This document shows positions 24,701 through 37,528 of a stretch of DNA of 64,000 nt, in pieces. A program made the position numbers and the translations under genes. Under the pieces are notes generated by a model. The model was given only the letters and a program-made list of their open reading frames with translations. It was not told the DNA's origin and ran no database searches. Source of the DNA: Chlorokybus atmophyticus (Eukaryota; Plantae; Mesostigma and Chlorokybus algae). The DNA is taken from contig RHPI01000810.1 of NCBI GenBank assembly GCA_009103225.1, positions 1,123,853 to 1,187,852 on the forward strand. The letters run 5' to 3'. Position 1 is the first letter of the stretch, and each line of letters begins with the position of its first letter.

Positions 24701-27700
24701 GCTATGCTGAACAATGGAATGTTGGTACACGAGCTTGGCACGAATGGTAAGAGTAACTCTCACCAACCACTACATAAACGCAGATGGGCCACATACTTCC
24801 AGTTATGGATGCGTGCCAGTGTGTGAGAGAATGTATGTGTGGGAGCGTGTGCGCGTGCTCGAGCGCGCGTGCAGAGTTGCATGTGAGCATGCGACACAAC
24901 TTGCCTGCTGCAAGGTGGCATTGCAATGGTGTCCGGCCCACCAGGTGGTGGAGTTTGTGCACACGCGGTCCACGTCGACAACGTCATAACCAGGAGGAAC
25001 ATAGTTCTTGAACTCCATCCCCACGAGACTGAAATTTGACGCCGTTGCCGTGCTGAGCGTGGTATCGTTATCTCCATAACATCGATTTCGCAACACCCCG
25101 CCAAAAATCTGCACACCTAAGATACCAAACATCTGCGCAACATAACAACAAAGCTCCCGTTAAACCAACATGCCTCCTCCGGATACTGTTGTGCGCGCTG
25201 TTGCTATGTTGTCTACACCACTCAATGTACGCACATGTACCTCTTACTTGTGCCAGCTACGTGTGACCAACAGTGCATTCATTGTATAAATGGGCAATAG
25301 CTGGCAGTACTCAAGGATGCAACAACACACATGTAACGGTATGGTATTGTTACAGACCCACTTGCGTGCACGTGTGCATGCACACACATGCACACGTGCA
25401 CGCACGCATGGAGTGAGCTTGACTCACTGCGCAGAGGACGACTAAGACGAGGAAGACGTTGGCGAGCATGGGAAGTGATTTGATCATCGCTCCCACAAGC
25501 ACGCGCATGCCGGGTAGGACGGATATGGTTCGTAGCGGCCTGAGTATGCGCACGACACGGATGGCAGCCACATTACCACTAAAGAACGGTAGCAGCGATA
25601 TGAGCCCGAGGTTGGTGACAGTAAAATCCAGCACGTTCCAATTGTCGCGTAAGTAACACCGCTTGTCTCGCATGAGACCCAACGCGGTGATCTTAAGTAT
25701 CATCTCAATGGCGTACACGCCCGTGAACGCGTCCTCCAAGCGACGCAACACGCCGTTGCGGCCCCATTGCGGAGGCTTTGTCGGGTCCAACAACGCGAGC
25801 AACACGCAGTTGGCCGCGATGAGGAGAAGGATGAAGTACTCGAACCACAACGCCTCAATGATCCATATGGCTGCCCTCCTTATGGGATGTTTGATGTCAA
25901 GGAAACCCAACGCTTTCTCACAATAGCGCAACTTCAACCCTTTTGCCTTTGCAAATATAGCCTTTTCTACAACAGCACCGATTGTTCCCGTCCTCATCAT
26001 CTCCGCGGCCGCTCTCACACGTGAGATCATTGCTTTGTTGTTGTTGACCCACTTCGGGTCCAGCAAGTTGGGTACCGAACCCGCCCGCTGATGGTGGATT
26101 GCTTCAACCATGTTGTGGTGGCCTTTCTCACCAACGTGTCTCGACACGTCGGCCCATCCTTTGTGCTTGTGCGCGCGGTTGGTGTCGTTGGTGTTGTTGG
26201 CGGCGATGCTGTTGGGGGTGAGGGGATGGTAGTTCTTGCTCGTGACTGCGGTGATGGCCTCCGTGTGGTTGCGGTTGAATGTTGTGTACGGTCTCTCGGG
26301 ACACGACAATGCGGATTTGGCCACCAACTCACCAGCTTCATTGAATGGTATCTGAGTTTGACAACGACTAGCATGTCAGATTAGACATGATGAACAAGAA
26401 CATATAAGCTCAACAATCAACACATGCAGCCATGTGTACATGTGTATATGCGGTTTTACTACCAGCTGCATGTGCGCACTTGTGTATGCAGACACAGAGG
26501 CGTGAACGCGTGCACACACGCGCACGTGCGCGCGCAAACTCGCACTCCTCCCGCACTCACGCAGAGGTCATCTCTCACATGATTATGCACGCGCACGCGC
26601 ATACACGTGCGCGCGCACAAGCACACGCCAGTTGCCCACGCACACACTCCGTCACACATGCACATGTGCGCCACGCACGCACACACACACGCGGATCATT
26701 GCTTGTGTATGCATATAATCATTGACGTGCGCGTTCACACTCGAGTACTGTGTATGTATGTGGTGCGTAACGCGCTTATACGTACAGTGACTGTGGGGTG
26801 GACCCGCTGCTTTTGCCTGATGACTTCCCAACCAGCCCCTGCCCCTGCCCCTGCTTTAGCCGCAGCGCCAAAGCGTCTATCGAGCGTCTGGCTGATATCA
26901 TTGCCGACATTCTCATTCAACACCGCTTTTTGACTCGGACGCGTCCGCTCCTGTGTTGATAAAACCGGACATAATTGAGTTGAGAGAGTTCATCCAAGAG
27001 CTAGCTAGCTGGGGTATAGTGGTACAGTGACTGTGATGGACAGTGAAGGTAGAGAAGTAAAACGGAAGACAACCAGTCAACAGCGTGAAAGAAGGGTCTC
27101 TTTTTGGGGTGGAGCTACTTGTCCTTTTGGCAGCGCGTAAACGTCATGTACAGCTAGACACACGCTAGGGTTGTGATGCAAATACAAGTCCGCTAATTGT
27201 ATCAAGGTGAGAAAGAAAAGGAAGCTGTAACACACACACACACGCGCGCACACCCAATGGTTGATGCTTTATTACATCATCAACACATATGCCACGCTGA
27301 AGTCAAGTCAACTAAAGATGGAAGATGCATCGACTGAAACTATCAAGGGAACTGATGTGTAAACCCTGTCCACATTGCGTCAAGCCGCAGAGCAATCTTG
27401 GATACCTCACTTGTATGTATGAGTTCTGTACGAGGGGGAACACGACCAGACTACAGCAAACACCAATGATTTGATTAACAACAAGTGTGTTTGCAATTGC
27501 ACAAGTTCTTGGCAAATCCAATGCTCATTTGAGGTTTGGGTCAGTCAGAGGCCCTGATCGCCAGTGTTGGTACCTTAAAGGTGGCAGCTGGCGCCAGCTT
27601 CGGCTTTTGCTTCCCCATCTTAAGCATACGACCAGAGTCATCCTGCTTCCTTTTCGTCTCCTCCTCCTCGCCCATCCCATCCTGCTTCCTACCGCCGCCA

Positions 27701-27714
27701 TGAGCAGCGTCCAT
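18705..27714 (-). CDS. Four-domain voltage-gated Ca2+ channel alpha subunit (Cav-like), multi-exon. The 5' exons (27714-27574 and about 26950-26802) are tentative; the core from 26351 to the stop at 18705 is secure
   Basis: Four S1-S6 repeats with S4 sensors IRVVRILRPLR, LRVLRVLRFMK, FRLIRVLRPIR and LRLFRVIRLCR. P-loops TLQGW, TSDNW, TTEGW, TGEGW. EF-hand-like WQTLDPKGT segment and a spliced IQ motif LIQAAIRGHLERK. Confidence 0.95.
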
Positions 27715-29663
27715 CAGCAGCACAATAAGGAGGAGGTGGAGGAGATGGACCAGACCAAGCTCCTGCTCAATTGATCAGCCAGCTTGCTGTGGCGCCCGCA
27801 AAGGGGCCACAGCTCACAGCCCCCTCCCATAGATCCAACCACCTCCACCTACGCAACCTGCATCACCATCACCTCCTCCTACCCCTACTTCACCTCCTCC
27901 TTGGCCGCCGCCGCGAGGCACTTTCCTCTTAATTTTTAATCTTTTTTCCCACGAGCGCGGACAGAGCAAACACATAAGAATAGATGCAGATCTCCGTATG
28001 CAAAAGTCCGTAGCGCTGTCAACAGCCGTCAGATGATCTGAACGCAATTCACTCGCCGTCCGATGCACCGGTTAAGGTTTCTGAACTTGCTGTCATTATT
28101 TCAAAGTCACGTGACTTTGGCGTTGAAGCGCGAGTCGCCACCTTCGTTAATGCGAGCTAGCGGATATCGTACGCAGTGGCTGCGCACTCCATGTCTGCGC
28201 GCAGATATCCGACTCCTGTGGTTGCTTCGGACGGGATATGGTACGTATGATATGGTACGACGGGGTACAATGTAGCCATACGGTTATAAGGGTGACGTTG
28301 GGCACACAATCTGCCTTCGTTGTAAGCATCACGCGTATTTCACAAACTTGCATCCGCTCTAAGGTTTCTTCGTGATGCTTGAATGAGCAACATCCTCCTA
28401 ACTTCATCTTATACTTCTGCATTATATTGGAATACAGCTACAACTTTGACCATGTTATCACACGGAAATTTGATCAATTGTCACTATATCAATGTGCATT
28501 ATTAATGTACATATTATGTTACAAACAATACAATAACATTAGGCTGCAAGCGCCGACCTATACGCAATCGGCCTTATATCACCATTATGAATAGTTTACG
28601 GACGGTGAATCAAGCAATCATGTCTTACACACGTTATGAAAAAAATGTAGCCATGAAAGTGAACAACAATAGCTACTGCAATGATATTACGACAGACTTG
28701 CTATTCGGGCATGTCAAACTTGTGCATAAGCATTCAAGATTTGTAGCGGAAGTCCCACTAGCACCGCGGTGCAGCACCTTATAGTGAAAATCGCAGCAGC
28801 GCATCCAGGGAAGAGATGGCGGCTACCAACCTCTCCACACAGCTCCAGCCGCATGGAGCCTGATCAGGCGCACCCACGCTCAACACACCTACACACAACA
28901 CCGCTCTCCACAAGGGATGAAAGGGAGAGGCCCTTTAACAGCTATTGGCTAGGCACCCCACACACAAGCGGCCCTGAAGTGGTGAACGCACTTAGATCCC
29001 AGGTTAACGTTGCTACTTATCATTTAAACAACTTGCTACTTATGGGACCTGATTTTGATACTCTCGAAGTGAAGTAAGAATCCACCTCAGGTGAATCAAA
29101 ACACCTCGGTTTTTTATATAAGCAACCCTATCTCGGAAATAGAAGCATGTGCTTTCCTACTACAATAGTACTTAAAGATTGCCCACAGGCATTACTAGCT
29201 CTGCGACTAAATAGTGGCAAATCGCATCATCACAAATCATGTGGTTTGCCAACATGGCTCACTTTCTTGAAACTGGCACATCATGTGGCGACCCATATTC
29301 GGGGCAAAAGGCCTCGGGCATTGAATGGCTTTGTACTAGCCCTTATCAATGCCTTGTGTAATTTGTCACACCCAAGGTCATATAGGCTCAAGAGTAGACC
29401 TACATGAGAGCAAACTTGTCTTCTTAACAAGTAAGGAACAGGGAATGACTTTTGTCGGCCTTATGGGCGTGACAGTCACTGTAGTACATTTGTGTATGAA
29501 TTGACATGATGAGTTGAGAGGCGCACGCCAAAGAATATGGGCCAAACCGTTAAACTACCCTTTTTATGCCCTTTACCAATAAAAGTAAAATTTTAATTAT
29601 GTACACAGGGTTCGCTTGTCTGTGAAAATTTCATTAAATGGACAATTTCGAATATAACAATAA

Positions 29664-29665
<2 letters not shown>

Positions 29666-29707
<42 letters not shown>
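29666..29707. repeat. (AT)n microsatellite
   Basis: About 21 perfect AT units. Confidence 0.97.
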
Positions 29708-29709
<2 letters not shown>

Positions 29710-31134
29710 CCATAACTGTGGAAAATTTTACATGGATCTTAAGAGCATCAAGCATACATGGCAAAAATGTGCGCCAATGCATAAACAATCACACTTTGTA
29801 TATGAACCAATTATATCTGTAAGGTTTATGTAACACAAGTTAATGCATTAAACTGTGACATCCGTAATTAAGCGTATATCCTCACACATATATCGATTTT
29901 AAATTGATAAAGTTATAACGTTATGCCTTATATGAACCGTCGTACATCATGTGCTCCATCAATGGGATAACACCGTATTGTAAGAATGATGGAGACAATT
30001 ATGATTCCTGCAAAAAACATTGATGGTTGCTAAAGGTGTACTTACTGGAATAACCACGGATCAAAACTTTACCCTTAACGCGTTAAAGTCATGTCAAGAA
30101 GTTTACCATTACCGTACCATTTGTTAAGATTGTCATAGATGGTGACTAGATGCTTTGCACATAGCCGTCAACGGCATTGCATCTACGTAACTCTTTCTCT
30201 TTGTTTTTTTTTGTCTTGCTCGCTCTTCGCGTGTGCCTTTTGCATCACAGTGTTTTTGTCTATATTGAGCAGCAGCATAACTGGCTGGAATGACAGCACC
30301 CACACATCACTGCAAGGACATACCTGCCATTGCATATGTCTTGTGCGCAAGCATGTGTACAAGCATATTGTGCGTCGACCGCATTTGTCAACATATCGCC
30401 GCCGCCATCCATGCGCGTGTCGATTAGCTTAGCAACGGCAGCGGCGGTGAGCGCGTGTGGCATCCCCACTCTCACAAAACCCTTTGCTACGCGTGTGCGC
30501 GACTACAATCAAACACGTATTAAGGTTGAGCACAAGCTATAGCCCAATTAAGTTGTTTTATGATCAATGGGGCTAACACCGCCGCATGTTGATGAGAAGC
30601 ACGATGATAGGTTTATCTTTCGCACACTACGAATTCAACGTTTCATCACGTGTTGTAGCTTACGCTTAGCCGGTAACGCAGGGGACTTTATTGAGACTTA
30701 TGCCATTGAGACGAACATACCCAGCCAGCTGTTCACCCCTGCTTGGCTGATACTAGTGAACATGCAGTAATTTGCCACGATCGAACGAGATGCAGTTAAT
30801 GCATCATGCGCGCGCATTTTGTCAATGACCAACCTGTCAGGAACTTCCTTCGCTGCTGGCGACGGAAGTTTCCTTGCAAACTCTGCCGCTGTGGCTGTTG
30901 CTGGCGGCGGTGGCGGTGGCGGCGGCGGGGAGCGAACCTTTCTACTTTCACCGCATATGCTGGTTACTTGGTGAAATTGCCCTTTGCAGGGTGGGCAGGA
31001 AGTAGCCGCAGCCGGCTCGCCTTATAGGTCAGTCTCACACTCTGCTTGTGTGCAAGGCTGCATACCATTACTTGAGCATTGCTTCTGCCTGTGTTCAACA
31101 TTAAGCATGCAAAGTTTTCAGCCTCCTGCACGGT

Positions 31135-32383
31135 ATGAGCGGCTTCCAAGAGGTGCTTCACACCGTGCCGCTGCCGGTGGCTATCGCGGTGAGCGCCGTC
31201 GTCCTCACCGTCGCCGTCCTCGCCTGGCGCAGCAGCAGCAGCAGGAGCACACCGCCTATGCAGATGGTACTGTTTTCCAAAGTGATACTGTGATTGGGCA
31301 AGCAGCATGCTTCGTGTTGATTTGCATGCCATTTTATCGCCGCGAGTGTGTTTTGGGCTTTCTTGTAGAAAGGACTCAACAGCATTGCACCCCAACAATG
31401 TTGCATGCATTGGGTGTTACCTCTAGTTGCTTTGCATAAAATCAACAATGGGCATCTGTGCAGACTTCGTTTGTGGACTGTTGTGCGTGACATTTGCAGT
31501 TGCAGTCATATGAACAGTAATGGGGCATTACGGTGGGCACTGTTGTTGCGCACACGTACACGCACGAGATTGCGTGCGTTGTCCAGTAGTCTTGCATGCT
31601 AGTTTTCTTGACCAGTATGATTAAAGACTGGTCATTCAACAATTGACTTCAGGCAACTATGGAGCCTGAACCGCCGGTGGTGTTGCGAGACGTCACGTCT
31701 GAGGAGCTGGCGGAGCACAACGGCACGGGTGGGACGGCCGTGTGGGTGGCTATCAAAGGCAATGTGTATGATGTGACGAAAGGGTCCGCCTTTTACGGCC
31801 CCGGCGGCCCTTACGAGATGTTTGCTGGCAAGTAAGGAAGCTTGTTGGGTTTGGGAGCACGAACACGCATACACATATACACACGAACACGCGTGTGCGC
31901 GCACACGCATATGCATATACACATGAACATGAATGTGAATATGAACACGTAAATGCCTGCACCCAAGCGTACCCACGTGCACGTGTGCATTCGCTCATTA
32001 GTCCTATTGGCATATTATAATATTGTAGTATACATACTCATGTTGATCAACCTTGTAAAGAAGCGCGCTGTTGGTCACTTTTACTATTGCAGGGATGCAA
32101 GCAGGGCGCTGGCAAAGATGGCCTTTTCTGCCGAGTACTTGACCACGCGTGTGCCCGAACTGGATGACTTGTCTTACAGCGAGAAGGAGACTCTCGACCA
32201 GTGGGAAATGGTCAGTTCATGTGTGCATGTATGACTGTGGTTATTCATGAATTTGTGTGTTGCATGGTCGCTTGTGAAAAGGTTTACTGTCGCTGACACA
32301 TGTTGGTCTTCTCACAGAAATTTGACATGAAGTACACTAAACTTGGCCGCATAGTATCCGAAGCACCGGCTGGCAGCCAGTAG
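31135..32383 (+). CDS. MSBP: Membrane-anchored cytochrome b5-like heme/steroid-binding protein (MAPR/MSBP); exons 31135-31266, 31653-31831, 32093-32210, 32318-32383
   Basis: N-terminal TM segment (VAIAVSAVVLTVAVLAW), then [52 protein letters not shown], typical of the MAPR family. Confidence 0.92.
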
Positions 32384-33194
32384 CATGACAATATACCCTG
32401 TACATATCTTGCCATGCGCAATATTTACCTTCAGTGATTAGGTCAGGCTTGTAGCTACTGGTTGGTTATGTCTCCTTGCTCTTTTGATAATGGGATCGTT
32501 GGCCGAGCGCTTTGCTTCGTTTGATGTCATCTCTGCATGGTCGCCAAAGGTGTTGTGAAAAGGTCACTATTATCGTCCGTGCATACCTGTGCACTTACAG
32601 TTGACCATTTGCCAACAGCTTCATTGATCAAGCAACGAAAGAGGGAATGACCAATGTCAAAGTGCCACAGCATATGCACATGCATATTGTACACCTCACA
32701 TGCATTACACCACACCCCAAGGTTACCACACATTCAACTCTACGCTACATGCACGACCACCGAGCTACACCAGGCGCGCTGCCTACCCTCGATCGCTAAC
32801 CCTACCTCTACCGCCCCCCTGTGAGTCACGCATGCATGCATGCAGTATACCCATCTCTACAGCGTATGCATTTGACAGAACCGAAGCATGCAACCCATTT
32901 GTTGAAACTACGAGCTCAAACTTCCCGATTATAATCACATCTGCGACATGAAGTCACTGCTACCGACCTCACAACTATGTACAAAGTACCCTCAACTAGT
33001 GAACCCTGCCAATTGTCTCAAACCAAGCAGCAATCAATCAACACCCCCCCCCCCCTCCCACCGGACATGAAGTCCGCGCTACCACACCTTTGCACACTGC
33101 CATGTGGCCATGGACACGGCGAGGGATGATGCTATAATACCATTGTCGCGATGCCTATGTTGAATAGGCTACTGGTGCGCCAATATTCCTTTCG

Positions 33195-33356
33195 TCAATC
33201 GCGGTCGGGGCGCTTGTGGGTTTCCTCGATGCTGCGCAGGCGTCGCCATATGCTGTCGGCCTCCGTCTTGATATCGGGCACGCGGTAGTTCTGCGCCGCG
33301 TACACGCCTGCGCACGTGCCCAGGCCGAACCACCACAGCTTCCCAAACAGACTCAT
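33195..33356 (-). CDS. STMP1: 53-aa STMP1/DUF4535-family micropeptide
   Basis: MSLFGKLWWFGLGTCAGVYAAQNYRVPDIK..IEETHKRP matches the GxxxGxYxAQNYxVP motif of the family; a spliced 5' UTR lies upstream. Confidence 0.8.
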   Translation of the reverse strand: MSLFGKLWWFGLGTCAGVYAAQNYRVPDIKTEADSIWRRLRSIEETHKRPDRD

Positions 33357-34141
33357 TGCGTCGAAATGCTCCTGGGAATACCTGCTTGCCTGCAACATAT
33401 TGCATGTGGGTGCGGGTGCATGCTCGTGTAAGTGTGTATCTACGCGTGCGTGTGTGCATGTGTCTGGCCAACTTCGTGTGTGTGCATGTGCATGCGCGTG
33501 CATGCATGTGTCTGTACGTGATTTGGAGATGACAACGGGCGCAAACACACAACATGAAAACACAACATCAACAATTTCAAAGACGCACATCGCAATTGAA
33601 GCCAACATGCGGACAAGGGGCGGAAGAAGCAGAACAACCGGAAACTCGACACAACCAAGTTCAATCGACTCACGCTCAGACGCAGACATGCCAACCAACC
33701 AACGAATATACAAACGAACAGCATACCAGACAGATTGACAGGAGCTTACCCTCAACAACCCTCGTCAACATACACTTAAGGTAATACGAGTTCCAGCGCG
33801 CACATGCACAACATAGCTTAATGTATATACACATGGCAGTCACAGCTCTGTACATCCCGTCACAACCACCATCAAGCATGTACATCGACTATCAAAACTA
33901 AACAGTCACGTACTGCATGTCACATGCTGCGTAGGCTGATCAGTCGCTGCCAAACCGCCAAGATCTCGAGTCAACTGTGAACAGCACCAACAACGCTACA
34001 CGTACAAACCCCAAACATGTCATAGACCACCAAACCTCGGTGATTGGACACAGACCAAGCTTTCCTGGCTGTACCTTGGCTGCTTGGCCGAGACCCACAC
34101 ACAATTGGTTTCAGTAGAAGCGCGTCCCCTGCCCTTTTCTC

Positions 34142-34203
34142 ACCGCCGCCGCCGCCGCCGCCTCCGCCTCCGCCGCCTCCACCGCCCCCCTCGCCGCCGC
34201 CGG
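34142..34203. repeat. (CCG/CCT)n trinucleotide tract near the 5' region of the STMP1 gene
   Basis: Read directly from the sequence. Confidence 0.9.
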
Positions 34204-35464
34204 CAAATTACTACTGGGTGCGGTTTGGCGTAGCAAGCTTATGCTAGGCTACCTGAACGCTGAGCAGCAGTCACGACTCTTGGCAAGTTGGATCAATGAA
34301 CATCATCACAACGTACAGGCCAGCGGTGGTCGCTGCGGATTGGTGAGTACACGTGCTGGCCCAGAGCGACATGCTGGCAGAGGCAGCCAGATCTGCTGAA
34401 TTGATAGATGAATACATTCGATACATGTGTTCCAAAAGGGGTATGCTGCTGTGTCGCATTGATGCATCTTGTTACTTGATCAGGTCAAGAACCTAATGGA
34501 TGCAGTCTACAATCTACCATGCTCTCTCACCTCTCTCTCTCTCCCCCCCATGTAATCGACGATTTACCTACACAGGGCAAGTTGATCACCTACAGCGAGT
34601 AATTCAAATGAACATGTGATTCAATGAAATGGCATCTCAGCAACGAAATCTATTTTTTATTTAAATGAGCTTTCTAAAATAGCACGTGCATGACTTATGA
34701 ATCAACTTAAAAAGTAATCGGAACCTTACACATGAGCATGACACGCGCAAGTTTTAGCGTCAATACAAGCAATCATGATTGCGGATATCGCTTTTGAGTC
34801 GACAATGTCAACATCTTCCAACATTGTGTAAATGATCTGATACCATATCAACACAAGTAAAGTGCATAAGCATACATTGTTGTTTTTGAGTTGGTAGGTT
34901 TTCACCAAGCATGTAAATGATAAACTTGTAAGGGTTTGTTTATGTTGCAGCATTACGTTATCATCTTCAATTATGATCGCAAACTGAAATACACGACACT
35001 GCGCATGTGATCGCACATGCGAAACGTGCACATGCCAACCCCACCACCCAACCCCACCGCCTAGGCCTATCTGCCAGCAACTAGGGACCCCTGGGCATTG
35101 CAGTGCTGACGTGGGACAAAGCCGCAAGAGTTGCGTCGCCAGGGAGCGCAGCAGCAGAGGGCAGGAGACAGAGGAGAGGGAGGGGGAAGGGAGGTGTGGT
35201 GGCGGAGAAGAGAGAGGCGGGTGCAGAGGGGGGAGTCCTGCTGGTCTGTTGTCGTTGCCACTGCTGCCGCTTTGTACAAGACCGTCTGCAACGGCCCTGT
35301 GGGCAGGTGAACGCATATGCATGCTTGCATGGCTAATGGGGTAGTAGGGGTAGAGTAGTGGGTGAGGTAGTGAATGAACCCGGTGGTTAACTTGACAACA
35401 GTGTGGTTGGTATGCGTTGTGTCTCTGCATGCTGCTGACTGTGCATGTCACCATGCATGCACGC

Positions 35465-35572
35465 TTTTATCGTTAAATTGGAGTGGCGCCTAGAGACGAC
35501 CTTGAAGAAGGTGATCTGGGGATCACCCGTAAAGTAGAGGTGGGTATGGTCGCCTACGGCAACTAGTTGCAT
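35465..35572 (-). pseudogene. Fragment of an NCLDV (giant virus) double-jelly-roll major capsid protein N-terminus
   Basis: [33 protein letters not shown] versus the recalled NCLDV MCP consensus [32 protein letters not shown]. Similarity stops after about 36 codons. Confidence 0.8.
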
Positions 35573-35760
35573 AACTTTGTTTTTTCAAAGAGGGTTTTAC
35601 CTCTCCTGCTCTCTCTACCTCTCTATTCGATAATTATCGCCGCGGGCTCTAGCAGCTCCTCTTCAGCTTCGTCCAGTCCCATACCCTTCCCTGTGCATTG
35701 TCGTTTCGCATTTGTTTGTACATGATACAATCTCACTCTATTGCATGTGCATAGATAGTC

Positions 35761-36042
35761 AGAAAAACAGATGGCTGTAAGCAATGTATCACTCGTTGAC
35801 CAACAGACAAAAACATGCAACACACAACTCCCGCATGTACACATCATTTCAAGTCACTTTTGTGAGGCTGCGGACCTGCCAAGAAAACAGATAGCTTCAA
35901 GCAAATGTATCACTCGTTGACCAACAGATGAAAGCATATGCTACACACATCTCCCGCATGTACACATCATGAGTGTATTGGGCGCCTCGCATGAGATGCA
36001 ATGCGTTTCAAGTCACTTTTGTGAGGATGCGGACCTGCCAAG
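35761..36042 (+). repeat. Imperfect tandem duplication of about 120 bp; the second copy has a roughly 36-nt insertion
   Basis: AAGCAATGTATCACTCGTTGACCAACAGA..CTCCCGCATGTACACATCAT..TTCAAGTCACTTTTGTGAGG.TGCGGACCTGCCAAG occurs twice in succession. Confidence 0.85.
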
Positions 36043-36300
36043 CCTGACGTACAGCACTAAATAACTCCAGTCTTGCAAAGCAATTGATAATGCTCACCAT
36101 CCGTGGTTGCATGCAACAAAGCGTGCCACTATGCAGCACTGCACTGCTGTCTGTGCGTGTGTGCAAATGGTGCACATGCAAATGCGTGGAGACCACAGTC
36201 CAACCATGAGTGAAGCTGTTTTGATCATGCACGCAACTTAAATCTCTCTGAACACCGAATCTCCGCAGCCAGTAGCATATCTGTCAAGGTAGCACCCAAC

Positions 36301-36983
36301 TCATTTTAATCGTTGAAAAATCTTGTTGGCAGCCTGCGTGTACAGAAGTCTAGAGTCAGGCTCTTGCATACCACAGCAGCTTGAGTAAGCTGGAGGCGCA
36401 AGCGCTCGGACTTGGCATTTGCAGGGCTTCAAAACACCACTTACGCATTTGTCGATGCAATGCCAGTAGTCAAAGTACTGCCCTGTGCAGTGCTTTTCAC
36501 CCTTCTCATCCTTCTCTGCTCTCTCAACACAGGCCTGTCAAGATGATATGATATGCTTCACGCATGCCTCGTACAGATGTCAAATTGCATTCACTGCATG
36601 CAGACTGCTTGTGAATGTGTTATCAGCCAACACAACCACTTGTGCGGCATTCAAATTGTTGATAGCCATGATCAGTTGCCAAAAAGACTAACAACTGCCA
36701 CAATGTACGATTACAACACACAAGGCAAAAATGCTGATTGGGGACAGTGTGGCATTTACTACTACAATGTGCATTGACAGCGCTCCAATGATGTTTGGGG
36801 AAAAACGATGGCGATGCATCCAAAACTACCAAACTTTGTTGTAGCACGATTGTCGTTAGCCGAGAGAAAAGGTGACTGTGTTACCTGATAGTTTAGTAGT
36901 TGCTTAACACATTGCGGCTTGCAGTTCTCCTCAAGCTCCGGCTTGGCATCAACGGGCTCCTCTTCTGTGTCCGCCCTGACCAT
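36301..36983 (-). CDS. QCR6: Cytochrome bc1 complex hinge subunit 6; exons 36983-36885, 36534-36445, 36333-36301
   Basis: EEEPVDAKPELEENCKPQCVKQLLNYQ|ACVER..KHCTGQYFDYWHCIDKC|AANKIFQRLK*, the diagnostic hinge-protein Cys pattern. Confidence 0.95.
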
Positions 36984-37528
36984 ACAACCACGACTAATGA
37001 CTACAGTAGGTGGAGGCAGCTATACCAATAGACACTTAGACGCAGAAAGGCGCAAACACGCAGCAATACACAAATCATGCCAGGCATGTGGCAAGTTGAC
37101 GCACAACATCTCCTGATCAGCAACAAATTCACCGGCCCAAGAAACAACCACACTATGAAAAGCTTACATGCTTGAGTAAGACGTCCAATACAGCAGCAAC
37201 GAGCCCGCAAGCACCACGCGGCGGCCACAGCGCCCAGCAAAGCCGCCCTTGGCTCAATGCAGCTGTTTTGCATTAGGGCTCGCATTAGGGTTTTGCTCCT
37301 CGATATCAAGCCTGATGATGCCGATATCGATAGCTAGACAATTGCCCGGCTGCGCCAGCTGCAATCTTTGCAGCGCGCGACGCTAGCTGTGGCTGCTGAT
37401 AGAACTTTCCACTTTCACACAATGCTCTTCACTCAGGCTTAGCGGCGGAGCTGCGACGTGGCGCATTCTGGGAGCGGGGGCGGCGGCGGGGGCGGCAGCC
37501 GAGGCCCCCAAGACGCTGTGAGGGCAGC
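36984..37528. promoter_or_regulatory. Putative bidirectional promoter shared by QCR6 and NDUFA13
   Basis: Head-to-head ATGs 545 bp apart; the GC-rich core includes both 5' UTRs. Function is inferred. Confidence 0.5.

Noticed and set aside
28720-28800. Group I intron-like start (GCGGAAGTCCCACTAG)
   Set aside because: No P7 or other core elements and no rDNA context were found.
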